Positions 29,870 to 43,100 are shown, numbered from the stretch's first letter. The stretch is DNA of 64,000 nucleotides from Alphaproteobacteria bacterium (GCA_965203455.1 CBDBCV010000017.1:8639-72638); one strand, 5' to 3'. The notes: a model not told the origin generated them from the letters alone. Translations and numbers: made by a program.

Positions 29870-31504
29870 ATGGGCGAAGCGCGCAACGTGTTGTGGATCA
29901 TGGCCGACCAGCTGCGCTGGGATTATCTGTCCTGCTACGGCCATCCGCACCTCCACACGCCCCATCTCGACCGGCTGGCCGGGCGCGGGGTCCGGTTCAC
30001 CAACGCCTACGTGCAGTCGCCGTTCTGCGGCCCGTCGCGCATGTCGTCCTATACGGGGCGCTACTGCCGTTCGCACGGGGTGACCTGGAACGGCTTTCCG
30101 CTGCGCGTCGGAGAGCCGACGCTGGGCGATCACCTCCGCGAGATCGGCGTGACGCCCGCGCTGGTCGGCAAGACCCACATGATCCCCGACACGAGGGGAA
30201 TGGAGTGGCTCGGGATCGATCCTGAGTCCGCCATCGGCGTCAGCATCTCCGAGTGCGGCTTCGAGCCGTTCGAGCGCGACGACGGGCTTCACCCCTACGG
30301 CCCGCTCGACCCCGATCCGGACTACAACGACTGGCTCAGGGAGCGGGGGGTGAACGCGCCCAACCCGTGGGAGGAGCACGCCAACGCGGCGATCGACGCG
30401 GACGGCGAGCGCCGTTCCGGCTGGCTGCTGAAATACGCCAACCTGCCCGCCGACATCGCCGAGGAACATTCCGAAACGCCCTACATGACCGGGCGGGCGA
30501 TCGAATTCATGGACCAGGCGGGGGACGCGCCCTGGCTTTGCCACCTCTCCTACATCAAGCCGCACTGGCCCTATATCGTGCCCGCGCCCTACCACGACAT
30601 GTACGGCAAGGAGCACGTGCTTCCCGCCGTCCGCACCGACGAGGAGCGCGAGACCGACCACCCGGTCTTCCGCGCCTATATCGAATCGCGGGTCTGCCGC
30701 ACGTTCTCGCGCCAGGAGGTCCGCGAGCGGGTGATCCCGGCCTATATGGGGCTGGTCAAGCAGATCGACGACCAGATGGGACGCCTGTTCGCCTGGATGG
30801 AGGAGCGCGGGCTGATGGAGAACACGATGATCGTGTTCACCTCGGATCACGGCGACTATCTGGGCGATCACTGGATGGGCGAGAAGGATCTGTTCCACGA
30901 CGCCTCGGTGAAGGTGCCGCTGATCGTCTACGACCCGCGCGACGAGGCGGACGCCACGCGCGGCATGGCGCGGGACGAGCTGGTCGAGTGCATCGACCTC
31001 GCGCCGACCTTCCTCCGCTATCACGGCGGGCGCGACATGCCGCACATCATCGAGGGCCGCGCGCTCGACCCGCTGCTGCATTCGGCGGACCCGCCCGGGG
31101 AGTGGCGGCGCCACGCGATTTCGGAATACGACTACGCCACCCGGCCGGCGCGCACGGCCATCGGCAACGCGCAGGAGGACGCCCGGCTCCTGATGATCCG
31201 CGACGAGCGATGGAAATACATCCACGCCGAGGGGTTCCGCCCGATGCTGTTCGACCTGGAGGCCGACCCCGACGAGCTGAAAGACCTCGGGGCGAGCGCG
31301 CAGCCGGAACACGCGGAAGTCCGCGCGAGGCTGCACGAGGCGCTGTTCGCCTGGGCGCGGCAGCACCACTGCCGCATCACGCTGGAGCCCGAGACCATCG
31401 AGCGGATGACCGCCGCGGTGGAGCCGCCCGGAGTCCTGATCGGTTACTGGGACGAGGCGGAATACGAGGCCGAATTCGGCAAACCCTTTTCGGAGCGCCC
31501 CTGA
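29870..31504 (+). CDS. Cys-type sulfatase (alkaline-phosphatase superfamily)
   Basis: Formylglycine motif C-G-P-S-R (SPFCGPSRMSSYTGRY), an N-terminal metal-binding segment (IMADQLRWD) and a GKTH motif. Confidence 0.85.
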   Translation: MGEARNVLWIMADQLRWDYLSCYGHPHLHTPHLDRLAGRGVRFTNAYVQSPFCGPSRMSSYTGRYCRSHGVTWNGFPLRVGEPTLGDHLREIGVTPALVGKTHMIPDTRGMEWLGIDPESAIGVSISECGFEPFERDDGLHPYGPLDPDPDYNDWLRERGVNAPNPWEEHANAAIDADGERRSGWLLKYANLPADIAEEHSETPYMTGRAIEFMDQAGDAPWLCHLSYIKPHWPYIVPAPYHDMYGKEHVLPAVRTDEERETDHPVFRAYIESRVCRTFSRQEVRERVIPAYMGLVKQIDDQMGRLFAWMEERGLMENTMIVFTSDHGDYLGDHWMGEKDLFHDASVKVPLIVYDPRDEADATRGMARDELVECIDLAPTFLRYHGGRDMPHIIEGRALDPLLHSADPPGEWRRHAISEYDYATRPARTAIGNAQEDARLLMIRDERWKYIHAEGFRPMLFDLEADPDELKDLGASAQPEHAEVRARLHEALFAWARQHHCRITLEPETIERMTAAVEPPGVLIGYWDEAEYEAEFGKPFSERP

Positions 31505-31506
31505 CC

Positions 31507-32982
31507 ATGCCGATCCGTACCGCCGCGCAGTTTCTCGACGCGCTCAAGGACGACCGCGACATCTCCATCGAGGGGGAGCGGGTGAAGGACATCGCCGGCG
31601 ATCCCCGCTTCGCCGGCGCCGCCCGCGCGATGGCCCGTCTGATGGAGATGCAGCACGAGCCGGAGCTGCACGACATCATGACCTACGAATCGCCCGATAC
31701 CGGCGATCCGGTGGGCATGACCCACCTCCAGCCCAGGACGAAGGACGAGGTGGTCGCGCGCAACGACGCGATCAAGGTCTGGATGGACGATTCCTGCGGC
31801 ATGCTAGGCCGCTCGCCGGACTTCAAGAACGTGATGATCTCGGCCTACGCGGCGGCGGGCGAGCGCTTCGACCGCGAGGCGTTCAAGGGCGGCGACAATA
31901 TCCGCGCCTTCCACCGCCACGTGCGCGAGAACGACCTGATCACCACCCACGTGCTGGTCAATCCGCAGGTCGACCGCTCGAAACCGGCGCACCTGGAAAC
32001 CTCCGACGTGATCGCGCAAATCGTGGGCGAGACCGACTCGGGCTTCACGATCCGGGGCGCCCGCATGGTGGCGACGCTCTGCGCGCTGGCCGACGAGCTC
32101 CTGGTGATGCCGGCGGCGTCGCGCTGGTCGGACGAGATGCGCGACACGACGGCATTCTCCTTCGGCTTCGCGATCCCGGTGTCGACCCCCGGGCTCCGCT
32201 TCATCTGCCGCCCGCCGGTGGCCCAGACCAACGCGCCTACGCTGCTCGACCATCCGCTGTCGCTGCAATACGACGAGTCCGACGGGCTGGTGATCTTCGA
32301 CGACGTGACGGTGCCGTGGGAGCGCGCCTTCATCTACCGCGATCCGGAATTCGACCAGCTGGTGAACCCGCAATCGCATACGTTCCCCAACACGCTGATG
32401 CAGTCGGTGGTCCGCGCGACGTCGAAGTCGGAGTTCATGATGGCGCTGACACTCGCCGTGGCGCGGGCGTCCAGGATCGACGTCCACATCCCGGTGCAGG
32501 TGCAGCTCGCCGAGACCATCGCCATCGCCGAGTTCGCGCGCACCTGCCGGATCGCCGCCGAGGCCGAGGCGCGCGAGACCGAGTTCGGCACTTGGGTCGC
32601 CGGCATCCGCCCGCTCCAGGCCTGGCAGAGCATGTACTGGAAGATGTACAACCGCCAGTGCGAGATCCTGAACACGCTGGGCGCCGGCGGGATGGTCGCC
32701 GTGCCGTCCTACGCCGAGGTGGCGGGCGAGCTCCGGGACAACGTCGAGAAGTATTTCCAGTCCGCCAACGCGAGCTCGCCCGAGCGGATCAGGCTGCTCC
32801 GCCTCGCCTTCGACGCGTCGCTCTCCAGCTTCGCCGGGCGCCAGCGGCTCTACGAGCAGTTCTACACCGGAGACCCGATGCGCACCCAGGCGCTGTTGTA
32901 CCGGATGTACGACACCGATTCCCACATCGACCGCATCCACGCGATGCTCGACGAGCTAGAAAAGCGGGAAGCGGGCCGCTGA
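31507..32982 (+). CDS. HpaB-family protein (4-hydroxyphenylacetate 3-monooxygenase oxygenase component / 4-hydroxybutyryl-CoA dehydratase fold)
   Basis: 491 aa. The start is 3 nt after the sulfatase stop. ACAD-like fold typical of the HpaB family, but no partner reductase is nearby. Confidence 0.7.
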   Translation: MPIRTAAQFLDALKDDRDISIEGERVKDIAGDPRFAGAARAMARLMEMQHEPELHDIMTYESPDTGDPVGMTHLQPRTKDEVVARNDAIKVWMDDSCGMLGRSPDFKNVMISAYAAAGERFDREAFKGGDNIRAFHRHVRENDLITTHVLVNPQVDRSKPAHLETSDVIAQIVGETDSGFTIRGARMVATLCALADELLVMPAASRWSDEMRDTTAFSFGFAIPVSTPGLRFICRPPVAQTNAPTLLDHPLSLQYDESDGLVIFDDVTVPWERAFIYRDPEFDQLVNPQSHTFPNTLMQSVVRATSKSEFMMALTLAVARASRIDVHIPVQVQLAETIAIAEFARTCRIAAEAEARETEFGTWVAGIRPLQAWQSMYWKMYNRQCEILNTLGAGGMVAVPSYAEVAGELRDNVEKYFQSANASSPERIRLLRLAFDASLSSFAGRQRLYEQFYTGDPMRTQALLYRMYDTDSHIDRIHAMLDELEKREAGR

Positions 32983-33036
32983 AGGATCGGCTGGCGGTTC
33001 GCCCGGGGCGCGGCCAGCCCGCATTTCTCACCGGTG

Positions 33037-33303
33037 TCATGGCCTGCGCGGCGCTGTCCGGCCGACAGGGCAGGAGAGCCGCGCCGTGCGATGCGGGGAC
33101 ATCGGGCAAGCGGCTCGACGCACCCTGTCGGCCGGACAGCGCCGCCCGAAGGGTCGCGCCCAGGCGCCCGCCCGCGGCGTCGCGGGCCTCGACCGTAGTC
33201 CCCGCTACGCTCTTCGGCCCGCTCCTGACGGATCGAACGCCTGGACGCGACGCAGGCCGTGACACCGGTGAGAAATGCGGGCTAAGCTTTCCGGCGACCC
33301 GGT
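33037..33303. repeat. Nested-palindrome element (family 2, 267 bp): 33-bp outer inverted repeat enclosing a perfect 20-bp inner inverted repeat
   Basis: Outer: agcccgcatttctcaccggtgtcatggcctgcg (33037-33069) versus the reverse complement of 33271-33303, with one mismatch. Inner: gcgctgtccggccgacaggg (33071-33090) versus 33143-33162, perfect. Confidence 0.75.
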
Positions 33304-33319
33304 CCGCGGAGACGATGCG

Positions 33320-34255
33320 ATGACGACCAAAGCCGACGGCGAGGCGTCGGCGGGAGCCGCTCCCGATGGCAACGGCGCGGCCCCGGCCGACGGTTCCGCC
33401 GGGCCGGAACGCGATCGCGACGCGATCCGCCGGATGTTCGAGACCGGCGAATACCCCTACGACGACAAGCTCACCCGCCGGGTCTACGAGGAGCAGAAGG
33501 CCCAGCTGCAGGTCGAGCTCCTCAAGGTCCAGGACTGGGTGAAGGAGACCCGGAGCAAGATCGTCCTCCTGTTCGAGGGGCGGGACGCCGCCGGCAAGGG
33601 CGGCACCATCAAGCGGTTCACCGAGCACCTCAACCCGCGCGGCGCCCGGGTGGTGGCGCTCGACAAGCCGACCGAGGCCGAGCGGACCGAATGGTTCTTC
33701 CAGCGCTATATCCGCCATCTGCCCCACGGCGGCGAAATCGTCCTGTTCGACCGCTCCTGGTACAACCGGGCCGGCGTCGAGCGGGTGATGGGGTTCTGCA
33801 ACGGCAAGGAATATCTGGAGTTCATGCGCCAGGTGCCCGAGCTCGAACGCATGTTCGTGCGCAGCGGGATCGTCCTGTTCAAATACTGGTTCTCGGTCAC
33901 CAGGGACGAGCAGAGGCGCCGCTTCGACGCGCGCGAGAACGACCTCCTGAAGAGCTGGAAGCTCTCGCCGGTCGACCGGGCATCGATCGACAAGTGGGAC
34001 GAATACACCGACGCCAAGGAGGCGATGTTCTTCTACACCGACACCGCCGACGCCCCGTGGACGATCATCAAGTCCGACGACAAGAAGCGCGCCCGGCTCA
34101 ACTGCATGAGGCACTTCCTGTCGTCCCTGCCCTATACCGGCAAGGATGCCGGCGTTGTGGGCGAGTCCGACCCGCTGATCGTCGGCACCAGCGCCGATGC
34201 GCTCGGCGGCGGGGACGGTTTCTTCAGCCGGACCAGGTCTCCGGCGAACCGGTAG
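33320..34255 (+). CDS. Polyphosphate kinase 2 (PPK2 family)
   Basis: Contains FEGRDAAGKGG (Walker A) and a PPK2 lid (WYNRAGVERVMGF). The likely start is MTTKADGE; the 33275 start lies inside the repeat. Confidence 0.85.
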   Translation: MTTKADGEASAGAAPDGNGAAPADGSAGPERDRDAIRRMFETGEYPYDDKLTRRVYEEQKAQLQVELLKVQDWVKETRSKIVLLFEGRDAAGKGGTIKRFTEHLNPRGARVVALDKPTEAERTEWFFQRYIRHLPHGGEIVLFDRSWYNRAGVERVMGFCNGKEYLEFMRQVPELERMFVRSGIVLFKYWFSVTRDEQRRRFDARENDLLKSWKLSPVDRASIDKWDEYTDAKEAMFFYTDTADAPWTIIKSDDKKRARLNCMRHFLSSLPYTGKDAGVVGESDPLIVGTSADALGGGDGFFSRTRSPANR

Positions 34256-34272
34256 CCGCGTCGGCGGTCCCG

Positions 34273-35226
34273 ATGCGTCTCCCTTCCCATGAAGACGTGC
34301 TTAGCGCGCACGAGCGGATCGCGCCCCATATCCGCCGGACTCCGGTGCTGACGTCGACATATTTGAACGGCCTCGCCGGAGCCGAGCTGTTCTTCAAGTG
34401 CGAGAACTTCCAGAAGGGCGGCGCGTTCAAGACGCGCGGCGCCTGCAACGCCGTATTCAGCCTGCCCGACGGGCGGGCGGAGAATGGCGTCGCGACCCAC
34501 AGCTCCGGCAACCACGCTTTGTCGCTCGCCTATGCCGCCGGGCGGCGCGTCATTCCGTGCCACGTCGTCATGCCCCGGGGCGCGGTGCGGGCGAAAAAGG
34601 ACGCGGTGCTGGGCTATGGCGGCCGGGTCGTCGAATGCGATCCGTCATACGCGTCCCGCGAGGCGGCGCTGGACCGGGTGCGGAAAGAAACCGGCGCCGA
34701 TGTCGTCCATCCCTACGACGACCCCCGGGTGATCGCCGGCCAGGCCACCTGTTCCCGGGAGCTGATCGATCAGGCGGGACGGCTCGACGCGGCGATCGCG
34801 CCCATCGGCGGCGGCGGCATGGTGTCGGGGACCTGTCTCGCCCTCTCCAGCGACGCGCCGGAGACGACGATCTACGCGGCGGAGCCCGAGCAGGCCGACG
34901 ATGCCGCGCGCAGCCTGCGCGCCGGCCGGATAATCGCCGACGACGCGCCCGAGACCGTGGCCGACGGGCTGAGGGCCCCGCTGAAGGAGCTGACCTGGCA
35001 TTTCGTCTCCCGGCACGTCGCCGACATCCTCACCGTCTCCGAACGGGAGATCGTCGACGCGATGAGGCTTGTCTGGGAGCGGATGAAAATCGTGATCGAG
35101 CCGTCGAGCGCCGTGCCCGTCGCCGCGATCCTGAAGAACAAGGACATCTTCGCGGGCCGGCGCGTCGGCGTCATCCTTACCGGCGGCAACGTCGATCTGG
35201 GCGCACTGCCCTGGGCGCGGCACTGA
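34273..35226 (+). CDS. PLP-dependent serine/threonine dehydratase-family protein (threo-3-hydroxyaspartate/serine racemase-like)
   Basis: PLP lysine motif ENFQKGGAFKTRGA and a GGGGM glycine loop. The start is MRLPSHEDV at 34273. Confidence 0.8.
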   Translation: MRLPSHEDVLSAHERIAPHIRRTPVLTSTYLNGLAGAELFFKCENFQKGGAFKTRGACNAVFSLPDGRAENGVATHSSGNHALSLAYAAGRRVIPCHVVMPRGAVRAKKDAVLGYGGRVVECDPSYASREAALDRVRKETGADVVHPYDDPRVIAGQATCSRELIDQAGRLDAAIAPIGGGGMVSGTCLALSSDAPETTIYAAEPEQADDAARSLRAGRIIADDAPETVADGLRAPLKELTWHFVSRHVADILTVSEREIVDAMRLVWERMKIVIEPSSAVPVAAILKNKDIFAGRRVGVILTGGNVDLGALPWARH

Positions 35227-35235
35227 GCCGCTTCT

Positions 35236-35617
35236 CTCGTCATGCCCGGACTTGTTCCACTGCTGTCCGGTTTAGATTTTCGGCGCGGGTTGTACGCCGG
35301 TGGGCGGGGACAATGTCGGGCGGGGCGGGCATCCTCGGGCACGCCTCTCCCTCCACCGTCATGCCCGGACTTGTTCCGGGCATCCACGTCCCTCCGCCGC
35401 CTCGCCCGTGTCCAGCTGGCACCGCGATGCCGCAAGGCGTGGATGCCCGGAACAAGTCCGGGCATGACGGTGGAGGGAAGCGACGGGGGAGATGCCGGCA
35501 TGCCGGAATTCGCGTCCCGATCCGCCCGATCCGTCGGAAACCCTCCGGTACGCAGGCCATTCGCCCGGTCGGCCGGAATTAAACCGGACGGTAGTGGAAC
35601 AAGTCCGACCATGACGG
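35236..35617. repeat. Composite MITE-like region: a long variant element (ends 35236-35267 and 35586-35617) with a canonical family-1 copy C nested at 35344-35490
   Basis: End B gtcatgcccggacttgttccactgctgtccgg equals the reverse complement of end D (ccggacggtagtggaacaagtccgaccatgacgg). The inner copy C has full family-1 inverted repeats cgtcatgcccggacttgttccgggcatccacgtcc / ggcgtggatgcccggaacaagtccgggcatgacgg. Confidence 0.7.
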
Positions 35618-35751
35618 GAAAGGAACGGTCCGCCGCAACCCGGGCACGCCCCAGCGCTGCCCGGAACGCCTGTTGGCCCCGCTCCTGTCACGTAATCGAT
35701 ACAAGCTCCATAATATGGATCCACGGGAGAGAACCGAGGAGCGCGATCTGC

Positions 35752-36192
35752 ATGGCAAAATCGGACTGGGCGATGGATCACGTCAGGCGGTACCGCGAGA
35801 CCGGCGGCGCCGACGGGCACATCTGGAAGGGGCATGACGGCAAGGGCCATTTCCCCTGCCTGTTGCTGACCACCACCGGACGCAAGTCGGGCGAGGCGCG
35901 CACGACGCCGCTGATCTACGGCCGGGACGGCGCGGATTACGTCGTTATCGCCTCGCAGGGCGGACGGCCCGTCCACCCTTACTGGTATCTGAACCTCGAG
36001 GAAAACCCCGGGGTCGAGATCCAGGTCGAGGCCGAGACCTTCGCCGCGAACGCCCGGGCCGCGGGCGGGGACGACCGCGAACGCCTCTGGAGCATGATGG
36101 CGCGCCTCTACCCGCCCTACGACGACTACCGCGTCAAGGCCGCCGCCACGCGCGAGGTCCCCGTCGTGGTGCTGTCCCGTGCCCTTGCATAG
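35752..36192 (+). CDS. PNPOx-like (deazaflavin/F420-type 'nitroreductase family') small oxidoreductase
   Basis: 147 aa with a split-barrel DUF385-like sequence (HIWKGHDGKGHFPCLLLTTTGRKSGEARTTPLIYGRDG...VIASQGG). The start is MAKSDWAMDHV. Confidence 0.6.
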   Translation: MAKSDWAMDHVRRYRETGGADGHIWKGHDGKGHFPCLLLTTTGRKSGEARTTPLIYGRDGADYVVIASQGGRPVHPYWYLNLEENPGVEIQVEAETFAANARAAGGDDRERLWSMMARLYPPYDDYRVKAAATREVPVVVLSRALA

Positions 36193-36205
36193 GGGGTGAG
36201 GCGAG

Positions 36206-37399
36206 ATGAAAAGGAGCGAGGACCGCATTCTCACCACCCATGTGGGGAGCCTGATCCGGCCGAAGGCGATACAGGACATCCTTGCCGCGCGGCAGAACGG
36301 CGTGGCGGTGGAAGAGGCGTATCATTCGAGGGTGCTGACGGATTCGGTCGCCGGGATCGTGAAGCGGCAGGCCGAGACCGGGGTCGACGTCATCAGCGAC
36401 GGTGAGTTCGGCAAGTCGATCAGCTGGTCGCAATACGTGCTCGAACGGCTCGACGGGTTCGAGCGGCGGGCGGTGGCGTCCGGCGGCGCCGATCCGTTCG
36501 CCCGCGGCCTCGACCGGGAGCGCTTTCCCGAGTTCTACGCCGAGCTCGACGCGCACGACCGGGCGCAGGGACGATTCGACGGCGGCGGGGGCGCGCGATA
36601 CGAGTCGGTCTGCGTCGCGCCGATCGCGTATAGCGGGCAGGACGCGCTCCGGCGCGACATCGACAATTTCAGGGCCGCGCTCGACGCGGTGGACGTGGCG
36701 GAAGGGTTCCTGCCGGTCGCCGCGCCGGCGAGCGTCATCCCCGACCGCAGGAACGAGTACTACGAGAGCGACGAGGCGCTGATCTTCGCCATCGCCGACG
36801 CCATGCGGGTCGAGTACCGGACCATCGCCGAGGCCGGCCTTCTGGTCCAGGTCGACGACGCGCGCGCCGCGGTTACCTACGACCGCATGGTGCCGCCGGC
36901 GACCATGGAGGAATACCGCAAGTGGCTCGGCCTCCACATGGAAGCGCTCAACCACGCGCTCGACGGGATCCCGCCGGAGCGGGTGCGCTATCACGTCTGC
37001 TGGGGGAGCTGGCCCGGCCCGCACACCAGCGACGTTCCGATCCGGGAGATCGTCGACCTCATCCTCGGCGTCAACGCGGGCGCCTACGTGCTGGAGATGG
37101 CGAACCCGCGCCACGAGCACGAATGGGCGGTCTGGAAGGACGTGAAGCTGCCCGACGGCAAGGTGCTGATCCCGGGCGTGATCAGCCACGCCACCAACGT
37201 GGTCGAACATCCCGAACTGGTCGCCGAGCGGATCGTGCGGCTCGCGGAGGCGGTCGGGCGCGAGAACGTCATCGGCTCGACCGATTGCGGCTTCGCGCAG
37301 GGCCCGTTCCATCGCCGCGTCCACCCCACCGTCCAGTGGGCCAAGCTCGGCGCGCTGGTCGAGGGCGCCCGTCTCGCCAGCGAACGGCTGTGGAACTGA
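36206..37399 (+). CDS. Short cobalamin-independent methionine synthase (MetE C-terminal domain) family protein, intact paralogue
   Basis: 397 aa (RILTTHVGSLIRPKAIQD...HVCWGSWPGPH...GSTDCGF), the same family as the IS-disrupted gene at 5686. Confidence 0.8.
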   Translation: MKRSEDRILTTHVGSLIRPKAIQDILAARQNGVAVEEAYHSRVLTDSVAGIVKRQAETGVDVISDGEFGKSISWSQYVLERLDGFERRAVASGGADPFARGLDRERFPEFYAELDAHDRAQGRFDGGGGARYESVCVAPIAYSGQDALRRDIDNFRAALDAVDVAEGFLPVAAPASVIPDRRNEYYESDEALIFAIADAMRVEYRTIAEAGLLVQVDDARAAVTYDRMVPPATMEEYRKWLGLHMEALNHALDGIPPERVRYHVCWGSWPGPHTSDVPIREIVDLILGVNAGAYVLEMANPRHEHEWAVWKDVKLPDGKVLIPGVISHATNVVEHPELVAERIVRLAEAVGRENVIGSTDCGFAQGPFHRRVHPTVQWAKLGALVEGARLASERLWN

Positions 37400-37404
37400 C
37401 GGCT

Positions 37405-37497
37405 GGCCCTCCCCCGTCCCCTCCCGCAAGCGGGAGGGGAGAAGGTAAAGGGGGATGGGTCGGGTTCCCTCTCCCCGCGGGGGAGAGGGGCAGGGTG
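37405..37497. repeat. GC-rich double-hairpin intergenic element (family 3), copy 1, directly after the metE-like stop
   Basis: Hairpin 1 is cccctcccgcaagcgggagggg and hairpin 2 is ccctctccccgcgggggagaggg. The second copy in reverse orientation is at 45790-45882. Confidence 0.75.
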
Positions 37498-40963
<3,466 letters not shown>

Positions 40964-40992
40964 CCCGAAATCCCCTTCCTAATAGCCGGCTC

Positions 40993-42141
40993 TCAGAGCG
41001 TCGCCGCGGTCCCCAGCACGGCGGTGACCTGGCTCGACAGCAATCCGCCGTTGCCGTTGCAGAGCGCGATCTCGGCCCCCTCGACCTGCCGGTCGCCCGC
41101 CTGCCCCCGCAGCTGCTCGACGGCTTCGATGACGAGGAACATGCCGTACATGCCGGGATGCACGCAGCTCAGCCCGCCGCCGTTGGTGTTGACCGGCAAT
41201 GCGCCGCCGGGCGCGATCCGGCCGTCCTCGACGAACGCGCCGCCTTCCCCCTTGGCGCAGAAGCCGAGATCCTCGAGGAACAGGATCGTGTTGATCGTGA
41301 AGGCATCGTAAAGCGCCACCACGTCGACATCGGAAATGCCGATACCCGACATTTCGAGCGCCCGGGGCGCCGACTGGGCGACCGCCGTCACCGTGAGATC
41401 GGGCATGCAGGCGATCTGGCTGTGGGTGGTCGCCGTCCCGATGCCGAGAAGATGGACGGGCGCGCGCGGGAAATGCCGGGCGCGGTCCGACGTCGTCATT
41501 ATCAGCGCGGCGCCGGCGTCGGTCACCAGGCAGCAGTCGCGCACCGTGAACGGGTCGACGACCATGCGCGAAGCCAGCACCTCGTCGACGGTCAGCGGGT
41601 CGCGCATGAAGGCGGCCGGGTTCAGCGCCGCCCAGCGCCGTGCCGCGACCGCGACCTCCGCGAGCTGTTCCCGGGTCGTGCCGTATTCGTGCATGTGCCG
41701 CGAGGCCGCGAGCGCGTAGGCGGCGATCGGCTGGCGCGGCCCGTAGACGGTCTCGTAGGGCACCGGGCCCGGTCCCCGGCCCGCGCGGCCGGCGCTCCTT
41801 GCGTTGCTGCCATAGGCGATCAGGGCGACCTCGCACAGCCCGGCGTGCAGGGCCAGCGCCGCCGACTGAAGGAAATTGACGTAGGAGGAGCCGCCGATAT
41901 TGGTGCAGTCGATGACCGCCGGGTTCAGCCCCAGATATTCCGCCATCGTGAGCCCGATCATCGAGTCGGCGAAATCGGCGCCGAACACGCCGTCGATGCG
42001 CTCCTTGCCGATGCCGGCATCGGCGAGCGCATGGTCGACGGCCTCGGCCATGATTTCCATCCGGGACCGGCCCGGCAGCTCTCCGAACTCGGTGAGTCCG
42101 ATGCCGACGATGGCCGCCGCGCCGCGGAGATCGCCGCTCAT
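40993..42141 (-). CDS. SCP-x / nsLTP-type thiolase-like protein
   Basis: 382 aa (AIVGIGLTEFGE...CTNIGGSSYVN...NTNGGGLS). The start is MSGDLRGAAAIVGIG, with a GGAGAGGGAGGA ribosome-binding site. It overlaps the DUF35 stop. Confidence 0.8.
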   Translation of the reverse strand: MSGDLRGAAAIVGIGLTEFGELPGRSRMEIMAEAVDHALADAGIGKERIDGVFGADFADSMIGLTMAEYLGLNPAVIDCTNIGGSSYVNFLQSAALALHAGLCEVALIAYGSNARSAGRAGRGPGPVPYETVYGPRQPIAAYALAASRHMHEYGTTREQLAEVAVAARRWAALNPAAFMRDPLTVDEVLASRMVVDPFTVRDCCLVTDAGAALIMTTSDRARHFPRAPVHLLGIGTATTHSQIACMPDLTVTAVAQSAPRALEMSGIGISDVDVVALYDAFTINTILFLEDLGFCAKGEGGAFVEDGRIAPGGALPVNTNGGGLSCVHPGMYGMFLVIEAVEQLRGQAGDRQVEGAEIALCNGNGGLLSSQVTAVLGTAATL

Positions 42142-42557
42142 CCTCCCTCTCCGCCGGAGGACGCCATGGCGGGTCGAAACAGGACCACCCTGTTTCCCTC
42201 GATCTCGCCCACGAAGGCGGTTACCGGGTCGCCGATCCGGACGTCCTGCGGGTCGGTATCGACGACACGGGTCATCATCCGGGGGCCCTCCGCCAGATCG
42301 ACCAGCGCGATGTTGTAATCCTCGCCGTGCCCGGGCCGGACGCGGACGACCGAGGTGGCGTAGACGGTTCCCCGGCCCGATGCCCGCACGGTTCCCGGAT
42401 CCGGCGCGCCGCACGCCGGACACAGGGCGCGCGGGTAGTGGATGTGCGTACCGCAGCTTGCGCAGCGCTGGATCCTGAACTCGCCGTCCTCCAGCCCGGC
42501 GGCGAAGACCGCATCCGGCCCCAGCCCCGGACCTCCCGAACTCGTCATCCTTTGCAT
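42138..42557 (-). CDS. Zn-ribbon/OB-fold DUF35-family protein (partner of SCP-x-type thiolases)
   Basis: FRIQRCASCGTHIHYPRALCPACGAPD (rubredoxin-like zinc ribbon) plus an OB-fold (VYATSVVRV...ALVDLAEGPRMMTRV). The start is MQRM/MTSS (42557 or 42548). Confidence 0.7.
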   Translation of the reverse strand: MQRMTSSGGPGLGPDAVFAAGLEDGEFRIQRCASCGTHIHYPRALCPACGAPDPGTVRASGRGTVYATSVVRVRPGHGEDYNIALVDLAEGPRMMTRVVDTDPQDVRIGDPVTAFVGEIEGNRVVLFRPAMASSGGEGG

Positions 42558-42637
42558 CCCTTCCTTACGCCCGCGTGCCGGGTTTCTCGACTGCGAGAGG
42601 CCCCGCGTCAACGCCCGCGTGGCGGCGGTTTTCGCCG

Positions 42638-42762
42638 TCGACATAGACATCGAGTAGACAAATCGCGACCGGGTCGACATTCGCGTCCTTCGAATGCCGA
42701 GCGGGAATGTCGATCTCTGCCGACTCGACCCGCCGGTCGACATTTCCGTCGGCAAATGCCGA
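42638..42762. promoter_or_regulatory. Array of at least 5 alternating TCGrCATT / AATGyCGA half-sites (candidate operator array) upstream of the DUF35-thiolase-xdhL operon
   Basis: TCGACATA 42638, TCGACATT 42674, AATGCCGA 42693, AATGTCGA 42706, TCGACATT 42737, AATGCCGA 42755. These form dyads TCGACATT-N11-AATGCCGA and TCGACATT-N10-AATGCCGA. Confidence 0.35.
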
Positions 42763-42962
42763 ACGTGCGCGGCGGATGACGATGGCAGTCGCATGCACAA
42801 TCGTGTCCTCCACATGGGGGACGGTGTGCCCGGCAACGGAAAGGGGCGCCGGCATCTCCGGCACCCCCACTTCCCCACTGTGCGAAATATGGCCTTGAAC
42901 GTGTCCCAAGTCAAGAGTATTTTCCCTTTTGGATCATTTTTTACCGTTTCCGGTTTCCCATT

Positions 42963-43100
42963 CACCTCTCCCTCGTCATGCCCGGACTTGTTCCGGGCAT
43001 CCACGTCCCTCCGCCGCCTCGCCCACGCCCGGCTCGCACCGCGATGCCGCAAGACGTGGATGCCCGGAACAAGTCCGGGCATGACGGTGGGGGGAGATGT
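42963..43100. repeat. MITE/REP-like palindromic element, copy E (family 1), in the divergent promoter region
   Basis: ctctccctcgtcatgcccggacttgttccgggcatccacgtcc...gacgtggatgcccggaacaagtccgggcatgacggtgggggg, preceded by an AT-rich tract (42890-42960). Confidence 0.8.
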
